A stretch of 64,000 nt of DNA from Bacillota bacterium (GTDB lineage Bacteria > Bacillota_I > Bacilli_A > RF39 > UBA660), in NCBI GenBank assembly GCA_015059335.1, contig SVAP01000002.1, positions 12,170-76,169 on the forward strand, in the 5' to 3' direction. A model generated the notes under the pieces. The model saw only the letters and a program-made list of their open reading frames with translations, was not told the origin of the DNA and did not search any database. The stretch's first letter is position 1. The number at the start of each line of letters is the position of its first letter. Below are positions 10,501 to 16,443 of this stretch, in pieces. The position numbers and the translations under genes were made by a program.

Positions 10501-11717
10501 AGTCAAATGATTATTATTGTTCAAATACTGGATGCACCATTCACTTAGGTGGTATTATAGGATATGGATATTATACACAAGTTAATAATTACTATAGTTC
10601 TTACCAAGATAACGCTGATAATTCAGAAATAGGATATAATAGTTCATCATCAAATACTTTAAATAATAAAATTAGTTATGATTATATTAAAGGACAAAAT
10701 TTCGGAACAACTAGTGAAAATATATGTACTTTGGGTTACAATTGCAATGATATATGGGAGAAAAAAGATGATATAGACCATATAACTTTAAAAAAAGAAT
10801 TTATTGATTTTGACATAATTATAAATGGTAAAAAAGGGGATACAATATCAAATATATTTTATCCATATGATAATTTAAGTAGTAATTTAAAAATGAGTAG
10901 TTATAATACAAATTATCTATCAATTAATCAAGATGAAATTACTTTAAAAGATTGTGGAACTACAACATTTGATATTGGTTCTAAAATTGGCTCAGATTTT
11001 ACAAAAAAAATAACAATTAATATTATTGATAAAACAATTGAAGATATTGTTTTAGAAAAATCAGAAATAATAATTGGTTTAAATGAAAATATAAAAGTTA
11101 AATATTATATAACACCAGAGGATGCATCAATAAAACAATTATATTGGGAAACTACTGATAATGATATTGCAACAGTTGACCAAAATGGTAATATTACAGG
11201 GGTGTCTGAGGGAACAACAATGATAAGGGTTAAATCACTTGATGGAAGTAATATTGAAAAAACGATTAAAGTAACAGTAGTAGATTATGACATAAAAACT
11301 GATAAATATAATATTGATGAAAATCTTATAATAAATAAAATAAAAGACAAATTATTATTTAGTGATTTTATAACTGATTTCACAGTTAACAGTAATATAA
11401 TTACTAAAGTATTCAATAATGATACTGAAATTGATTATACAAAATCATTAGGAACAGGATATAAGTTAAAAACATATTCTAATGCTGAGTTAATAAATGA
11501 ATATACTTTAATTGTATCTGGTGATTTAGATGGTAATGGTAGTATTAATGCTGCTGATATTATGAAAATGAAGTTACATATATTGGGTAAAAGTACATTA
11601 AATGATGTTTTGTTTAAAGCAGGAGATGTTAATGATAGTAATTCAGTTAATGCTACTGATATTATATACTTGAAAAGATATATACTTGGTAAATCTGATA
11701 ATGTGTGGAGTAATTAA
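7503..11717 (+). CDS. Large secreted multidomain C1 cysteine peptidase (C1 peptidase, Big_2 domains, GLUG/beta-helix-like GGIVG repeat region, dockerin)
   Basis: Signal peptide ...QYNVSA. Cys motif NQSTLGLCWDFATIAAIESN and His motif WHAMLIIGWND followed by NSWG. Two Big_2-like segments (GKTTLHLSTNDYSDIERNIEIEV; GTTMIRVKSLDGSNIEKTIKVTV). Repeated GGIVG/GGIIG units around aa 750-1020. C-terminal SGDLDGNGSINAADIMKMKLHIL...DVNDSNSVNATDIIYLKRYILGKSDNVWSN. Confidence 0.85.
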   Translation: MRKSIIVLIISILLLIPQYNVSALNNNELEETYRTEENKVKGEPYLNPMWVEWNNLPDEEKTKWEVIPQKLIVDYVYEHEPTTYDTLINKYNLLVPKSETYPSTYNLKDEGYVSPIKNQSTLGLCWDFATIAAIESNALKTLGKSLIFSERQIDYALSNPATSITEGYNPYGDSNRTLGDGGNFSDVTTLFMDGISPQLTSVWGNYSTSSTKQKLSKVINNNNVEYQVTNTVQFPYINMGTASKEEKNSYIKMIKKHIMNYGGVYISTITPDSRGGSCYNSQYNMSYKYEGCTTSDTDSWHAMLIIGWNDTYGPDYNGDGVGDGAWILKNSWGSQNQYPYVSYYSLDSEYNGIISIEEKNWDNNYNAYDLHTTNILSSTSSETIKTFKYYKDEKNKEILNKISFFSYADKEYSIYLNQTDNIEDNILIGQITTDRTGIYSIDTQDIELINNSFTVTIKGQSIFGKLNVYTSDYDESTEKKVSTYIKNDFVDFNKTTSSSIASFELATFTKNIETGTEIKYKIYKENTDITNLFTIPKTYIINDGSLTTIEYDKSIIEYGNYKVETYINNIKENTYNFTVGAELIKDIYVPSKIVLSLGETRSLPIKIKDSSAYDKSITYTFLDNGIVSIDESGKLTAEALGKTTLHLSTNDYSDIERNIEIEVRQLNGVGTINNPYLINDKYELYLIKNNLSASYKLTNNITFNEDDFEPNGDFYNAGYNWYSINNFTGIFDGNNKNIKGLRVYIGLSEMNMGLFGKIEGATIKNITFENCSSHATSGNFGIVAGMSINSTFENITVLNSNITVMNKSNAGAIVGSDESSTFKNISSLKNSIGGISGNLNKKIGGIVGVSKNTLFNNISNTSTVYGGYLSNVGGIVGESNNATIINSTNSGNIKISYASNVPDTSTTGGIVGTSLDSTIISSNNDGAINGRFTMGGIVGKSNNTYIKDVYNNGAILPISDKANYGKHSRQFYVGAIIGYSDYSLLSNVFSLVTYDKETIKSNDYYCSNTGCTIHLGGIIGYGYYTQVNNYYSSYQDNADNSEIGYNSSSSNTLNNKISYDYIKGQNFGTTSENICTLGYNCNDIWEKKDDIDHITLKKEFIDFDIIINGKKGDTISNIFYPYDNLSSNLKMSSYNTNYLSINQDEITLKDCGTTTFDIGSKIGSDFTKKITINIIDKTIEDIVLEKSEIIIGLNENIKVKYYITPEDASIKQLYWETTDNDIATVDQNGNITGVSEGTTMIRVKSLDGSNIEKTIKVTVVDYDIKTDKYNIDENLIINKIKDKLLFSDFITDFTVNSNIITKVFNNDTEIDYTKSLGTGYKLKTYSNAELINEYTLIVSGDLDGNGSINAADIMKMKLHILGKSTLNDVLFKAGDVNDSNSVNATDIIYLKRYILGKSDNVWSN

Positions 11718-11723
11718 AATAGA

Positions 11724-11748
11724 AGAGGAATGATTGTTTCATTCCTCT
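11724..11748. terminator. Hairpin terminator closing the cohesin-dockerin operon; probably bidirectional
   Basis: agaggaatga-ttgtt-tcattcctct, a 10-bp perfect stem. A short T run follows on the + strand and a T-rich run on the - strand. Confidence 0.7.
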
Positions 11749-11950
11749 TTATAAAAAAAGCAACCCAATCACTTATAGGGTTGCCATGCGTGTTAACCGT
11801 CAAATCGTACAATACTACAGTACAAAACAATTAACATATTAATAGTACCATGATAAAATATGATAGTCAATAATTTACATGCATTTTGTCCGGAATATAC
11901 TCGGACTTTACATTCTCACTATAAAATTATTTTTTCTCCATTTATATTAC

Positions 11951-12262
11951 TTAGTTTTTTCTACTTATTCTGTAATTGTAATCAATAATTACCGCTTTAA
12001 TTATCTTATCAAAATCTTTGATGCTGTTATAATACGACTTTATATATTCGTTATTTTTATATGGATATAATTTTAAAAATGATTTATTTTTGTTAATAAT
12101 TAAATCAACCATATAGTTATTGTTTTTATATTTTACATAAAAATCTGTATAAGGCGATATCTCAAAATGAAATCCCATTTTTAAATATTTTTTTCTTTTT
12201 TTAAATATTTTAATCCATAAATTTGATACTAAATTTAATCTATAATTTGTACATAACTTCAT
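11951..12262 (-). CDS. Hypothetical protein (103 aa, K/N/Y-rich)
   Basis: ORF only. No recognisable motif and no clear SD. Retained because it fills an otherwise empty 600-nt gap. Confidence 0.3.
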   Translation of the reverse strand: MKLCTNYRLNLVSNLWIKIFKKRKKYLKMGFHFEISPYTDFYVKYKNNNYMVDLIINKNKSFLKLYPYKNNEYIKSYYNSIKDFDKIIKAVIIDYNYRISRKN

Positions 12263-12389
12263 TTTATATATTTTTCATTAAATAATAAGTGCCTAGTGTA
12301 GGGGAAATCTACAATTATAATATTTTACTTATCTTTTTTTGATATTATTTCTATGTACTATGAAATCAATTAGAAGTAGGTGATTTAAA

Positions 12390-12608
12390 TTGAGAACGAT
12401 TTCCCTTAATAAATGTTCTGAAGCCGAGTTTATAAAATTTATTAGAGAATCATTAGGTCTTACTCAAAAACAATTTGGCGAATTGATTGGTAAATCACCT
12501 AGAACTGTTGCTGACTACGAATCAGGTAAAACAATGTATAATGCTGCAACTCTAAAAAAACTATGCAACATTAAAAAAATAAAAATAGATTTCGTTGCCT
12601 CTAAATAA
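12390..12608 (+). CDS. XRE-family helix-turn-helix transcriptional regulator (72 aa)
   Basis: HTH_3 pattern LGLTQKQFGELIGKSPRTVADYESGK. TTG start is preceded by agtaggtga. Paralogous to 14109..14324 (KFIR..TQ..FG..I..S..T..DYE..K..Y). Confidence 0.75.
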   Translation: MRTISLNKCSEAEFIKFIRESLGLTQKQFGELIGKSPRTVADYESGKTMYNAATLKKLCNIKKIKIDFVASK

Positions 12609-12614
12609 GTACTC

Positions 12615-12983
12615 CTATTTTAAAAGGGTTTTACGAATTTGAACTTCCAATTCATTTAAGAGTGAAATATAATTTGAAGTTTTAAAATTCTTAACCTTTT
12701 TTTTATACTCAAACCAACATTTTAAAAAATTAGTGTATTCATCAAATTTAATATTATCAAATTTATATTTTTTATAGATTACATCAATTAATATTGAGTA
12801 ATTATTATTAATTAGATTATTCTTTATCATTTTTATTTTAAATTGTATTTTATTATTATTTATGGTTGTAGAATGTAATATATAGAATAGAGTTATATTT
12901 TTAGAATTTGATTTTTTTATTAATGATATTTTATTTAATTCACTTATAAAATCAAAAGTTTTTTGTATCCCTTGTTTTAACAT
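12615..12983 (-). CDS. Hypothetical protein (122 aa)
   Basis: Overlaps the upstream minus-strand gene by 7 nt. An AGGGGA SD lies 6-7 nt before the ATG. No recognisable motif. Confidence 0.55.
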   Translation of the reverse strand: MLKQGIQKTFDFISELNKISLIKKSNSKNITLFYILHSTTINNNKIQFKIKMIKNNLINNNYSILIDVIYKKYKFDNIKFDEYTNFLKCWFEYKKKVKNFKTSNYISLLNELEVQIRKTLLK

Positions 12984-13501
12984 AAAATTCCCCTATACAT
13001 TGCATCATAAATATATTCACTCATACTTTGTTCATTAACTGTTTCTTTTCTAAAAGTATCCTTAATTGTTTCAAATATAGCTATATATGTATTAAGCATT
13101 GCACCGCTTATATATCTATAATCAACAAACACATCTGTCATTCTACTAGAATATAGATCAGATGTAATTTTGTGAAATATAAATAATTTCATTAAGTTAT
13201 TTTTATTAATTAATGGTATATATTCTTTATACATTAATTTACAAAATTTATCAGTATTTACATATTTGTTTAAACTATACATAAGGGTATTTGCTAATAT
13301 TAAATCTATTCTTAATAATGTATTACTATCTTCATACTCAATATAATTATTCTTATTTAAATCAAAATTTTTTATTTTTAAAAATTTATTTGTTTTTTTT
13401 ACAAATTCGATTATTTTTTCAATTATATCCTCATCAAATTCTTCATTTATATAAAATAAATCAATTATTCTTTTTCTTAATAAATCTTCAATAAACTCCA
13501 T
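12977..13501 (-). CDS. Hypothetical protein (174 aa, predicted helical)
   Basis: GGAAAGGA SD precedes the ATG on the minus strand. Composition is plausibly globular. No recognisable motif. Confidence 0.6.
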   Translation of the reverse strand: MEFIEDLLRKRIIDLFYINEEFDEDIIEKIIEFVKKTNKFLKIKNFDLNKNNYIEYEDSNTLLRIDLILANTLMYSLNKYVNTDKFCKLMYKEYIPLINKNNLMKLFIFHKITSDLYSSRMTDVFVDYRYISGAMLNTYIAIFETIKDTFRKETVNEQSMSEYIYDAMYRGILC

Positions 13502-13649
13502 GATAATATTTTCCTTTCCATATTAAGTATATAAATGAAATATCATTTCACCTCCTATGTAGTAACAATTGCATCACATAGCAGTATTTCTCGGTTCTGA
13601 ATATTTTAAAAATATTGTAGCATATTAATGTAATGGCGGAGTTGATGGA

Positions 13650-13919
13650 ATGGAAAGTTTATCAAAAATTGTTGGTGCAAATATTAAATATTACCGATTT
13701 CAGAAAAAATTATCACAAGAGACTCTTTCTGAATCACTAGATTTATCAATGAAGTATATATCAGATGTTGAAAGTGGTAAATATAATTTATCATTATCAA
13801 GTTTAGAAAAATTAGGGAAATTATTAGATGTTGCACCTTATAAGTTTTTAATGCCAAATCCTAAAGCAAAAAATCTTCCATCAAGAGTTGATTTATATTG
13901 GAAATCAAAAACAAACTAA
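13650..13919 (+). CDS. XRE-family helix-turn-helix transcriptional regulator (89 aa)
   Basis: LSQETLSESLDLSMKYISDVESGKYNLSLSSLEKLGKLLDV is the canonical HTH_3 pattern. Divergent from the 13501 minus-strand operon. Confidence 0.8.
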   Translation: MESLSKIVGANIKYYRFQKKLSQETLSESLDLSMKYISDVESGKYNLSLSSLEKLGKLLDVAPYKFLMPNPKAKNLPSRVDLYWKSKTN

Positions 13920-14108
13920 CATTAATTATATTAAATGCTACAATTGTAATGCTTATTATTACCCAATTTAATAATATATTAATGTTTTTTTATTGTCAAT
14001 ATTATCAAAACAAAAAGTAATGTGTGAACACCATTTTTAAAACATACAAACTAAAATATTATATACTTTATCTAAGTAATGTGTAAGTGAAAATAGAGGT
14101 AAGTATAT

Positions 14109-14324
14109 ATGAAAATAGTAGCAAATGAATATTCTGTTGGAGAAGTAATGAAATTTATTAGACAAGCAGAAGATATGACACAAGAAGAATTTGGAAATGC
14201 CATATCAAGAAGTAAAAATACAATTAAAGATTATGAAAAAAATAAGATTAAATATAGTTTTGAACTTTTATTAAAGTTTGCAAAAAAATACAATTATAGA
14301 ATTACCATTGAAAAAATGAAATAG
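14109..14324 (+). CDS. XRE-like helix-turn-helix protein (71 aa)
   Basis: MTQEEFGNAISRSKNTIKDYEKNK. GAGGTAAG SD upstream. Paralog of 12390..12608. Confidence 0.65.
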   Translation: MKIVANEYSVGEVMKFIRQAEDMTQEEFGNAISRSKNTIKDYEKNKIKYSFELLLKFAKKYNYRITIEKMK

Positions 14325-14387
14325 TTAATAAGTTTTTTATTAACTATTTTTATTATTTTTGTGTTATAATTTGTATAGTAGAAAGTA

Positions 14388-16181
14388 GTGAGTTTTATGG
14401 AAATAGTATATTCTGTGATTTTTCTAATATATTCACTTATTCTTCTTATAACATATTTTAGTAAATCACATGATAAAAAGATGGAGAACAAGGTTTATTC
14501 AGTATTATTAATAATTAATGTATTAGGAATAGTTTTAGAGATTTTAAAATTTCTTGTTGTAGGATATGATTTCACATCATCTTATAGCATTATATCTAAA
14601 TTTTATCACATATATCTATTATCATGGATGGGTGCATTTTCTTTGTATGCAATTATTATATCTAACAATTATAACACTGATGATAACAAAATGTTTGGAC
14701 TTCCATATATGATTTTATTTTACTTTTTAAGTATAGTGGCAGTAATTATATTGCCATCAAAAATTGTTTTTAAAAATAACATGTTTTATTCAAATGGTGC
14801 AAGTACTAATTATTTATATTTTTGTAGTTTAATATATACTCTTATTATTGCGTTTAATTTGTTTAAAAATATTTATAAAATGTATAGTAAAAAATATTAT
14901 CCAATATACTTATTTTTTGTGTTAGGTGTTTTATTATTCATTGTAAAGTCATTTAATCCAGAATTTGTGCAAATTTCATATGTTATTTCACTTATCACTA
15001 CTTTAATATACTTTACAAAGGAAAATCCTGATTTAAAATTAATAAAAGAATTAAATTATTCTAGATTATTAGCAGATAAAACAAGAAACAGTACGGTTGA
15101 TATTTTAAATAATATGAAATACGAATTAAAAGATTCACTAACTAATTTAGTTGACTTTGGATATATTGATATTAACAATATGAGTAGTGAACAGATGAAT
15201 CGAAAAATTAATGATATGAGAAAAATGACATTGGCATTAAATGATAAAATATCAAATTTAATTGAAATAGGAAAAATTGAAAGCGATAATTACTCATTAA
15301 ATAAAGCGGAATATAATCCAAATGAACTATTAGTAGAAATAAATGAATTTTTCAATAATAAAAAAGATGTTAATGATGTAAATATAAAAGAAAATATTTT
15401 CCCACCAATTGATAATATACTATTTGGGGATCCATTAAAAATAAAACAAATCATACTACATGCATATAATTACATAATAGATAAAAATAAAAAAGGTAGC
15501 ATACAATTAAAAATTGAACATAAAATAGTTGGTAATCTATGTAGATTAAAATTCTATTTTATATGTAAAAACAAAAAACAAATTGATTATAATGATGATA
15601 GTCTTGATTATCAAATAATTATTAAATTATTAGATTTAATGAATGGGAATATTGATATAAAATATATTGATAATGAAGTAACAGAATTACAAATTATTTT
15701 AGACCAAAAAATTATAAGCAAATATGATTTAAAAAATGAGAATATGAAGTATATCTCAAAAAAACTAAAAAATTATTATGATGCAAGCAACAAAAGAATT
15801 ATCATTTTTGATGATAATAGAGAAAAGATTAACACACTTAAAAATATTTTAGAACCTACTAAAGCTGATATAAGTATTGTAAATACAATTGATGAATTAT
15901 TATATTTACTAGGAACAGAAAAAACATACGATTTGATAATAATTGATGATATTGTTACTAATGTTGAAAATAATACTATTACAAATGAAGAAATATTAAA
16001 AACTTGCAATTCACGTAATTTAAAAAAATTGTTTAATTATGAAATACCTGTAATTATTTTAGTAACTAAAAACAACAAAAAACTAGAAGAAAAATATTTA
16101 AAGATGGGATTTAGTGAGTTTATTATTAAACCTGTTACATATAGAAAAGTTATTAAAAAAATTCAAAAATCATTAAAATAA
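14388..16181 (+). CDS. Polytopic membrane histidine-kinase-like protein with degenerate kinase core fused to an apparently intact receiver domain
   Basis: About 6 N-terminal TM helices. The HisKA-like helix NNMKYELKDSLTNL has Tyr where the phospho-His is expected. IEIGKIESDNYSLNKAEYNPNELL and GDPLKIKQIILHAYNYII are retained, but no DxGxG or GxGxG ATP-lid glycines are seen. The receiver keeps IIFDDN, LIIIDDIV, ILVTK and IIKPV. Start could be GTG 14388 or ATG 14397. Confidence 0.65.
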   Translation: MSFMEIVYSVIFLIYSLILLITYFSKSHDKKMENKVYSVLLIINVLGIVLEILKFLVVGYDFTSSYSIISKFYHIYLLSWMGAFSLYAIIISNNYNTDDNKMFGLPYMILFYFLSIVAVIILPSKIVFKNNMFYSNGASTNYLYFCSLIYTLIIAFNLFKNIYKMYSKKYYPIYLFFVLGVLLFIVKSFNPEFVQISYVISLITTLIYFTKENPDLKLIKELNYSRLLADKTRNSTVDILNNMKYELKDSLTNLVDFGYIDINNMSSEQMNRKINDMRKMTLALNDKISNLIEIGKIESDNYSLNKAEYNPNELLVEINEFFNNKKDVNDVNIKENIFPPIDNILFGDPLKIKQIILHAYNYIIDKNKKGSIQLKIEHKIVGNLCRLKFYFICKNKKQIDYNDDSLDYQIIIKLLDLMNGNIDIKYIDNEVTELQIILDQKIISKYDLKNENMKYISKKLKNYYDASNKRIIIFDDNREKINTLKNILEPTKADISIVNTIDELLYLLGTEKTYDLIIIDDIVTNVENNTITNEEILKTCNSRNLKKLFNYEIPVIILVTKNNKKLEEKYLKMGFSEFIIKPVTYRKVIKKIQKSLK

Positions 16182-16307
16182 TTTTTTTATACTTAATATC
16201 CTGGTATTTTTCGGACAATTTTTAGAAAAACTATTGACAAATTCTATTAATTTTTATACCATAACATTCATGTGTTTTAGCTTGTTAATGTGAAAGGGGG
16301 AATATTA

Positions 16308-16370
16308 ATGAGTTTTCAAAATAAAGTTTGTTTATATTTAGATATTTATGAGGGTGAAAGTTCTATATAG
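16308..16370 (+). CDS. Candidate 20-aa leader peptide MSFQNKVCLYLDIYEGESSI
   Basis: Strong SD aaagggggaa lies 7 nt before the ATG. The last five sense codons and the stop lie inside the downstream terminator hairpin. Sits after a TTGACA promoter-like box at 16244. Confidence 0.45.
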   Translation: MSFQNKVCLYLDIYEGESSI

Positions 16371-16389
16371 GGACTTTTGCCCTCTTTTT
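16350..16389 (+). terminator. Intrinsic terminator/attenuator upstream of the GT2-kinase-Nudix operon
   Basis: gagggtgaaag (16350-60) pairs with cttttgccctc (16374-84) as 11 bp with two G-U pairs, followed by ttttt. It lies 55 nt upstream of the 16444 start codon. Confidence 0.6.
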
Positions 16390-16443
16390 CAATTTTAAGA
16401 TAACTAAAATACATATATTTTAGAGTAATGGGAGGTAGAGAAA

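Noticed and set aside
1-11717. Calling the locus a cellulosome
   Set aside because: Cohesin and dockerin modules are present, but none of the six proteins shows glycoside-hydrolase, carbohydrate-esterase, lyase or CBM-like sequence. The scaffolds carry a single cohesin each. It is therefore described as a cohesin-dockerin display system only.
11879-12070. 63-aa + strand ORF, plus 13291-13494 (+), 14294-14491 (-) and 31058-31297 (-)
   Set aside because: They overlap better-supported genes on the opposite strand or intergenic promoters. They have no SD and a hydrophobic low-complexity translation.
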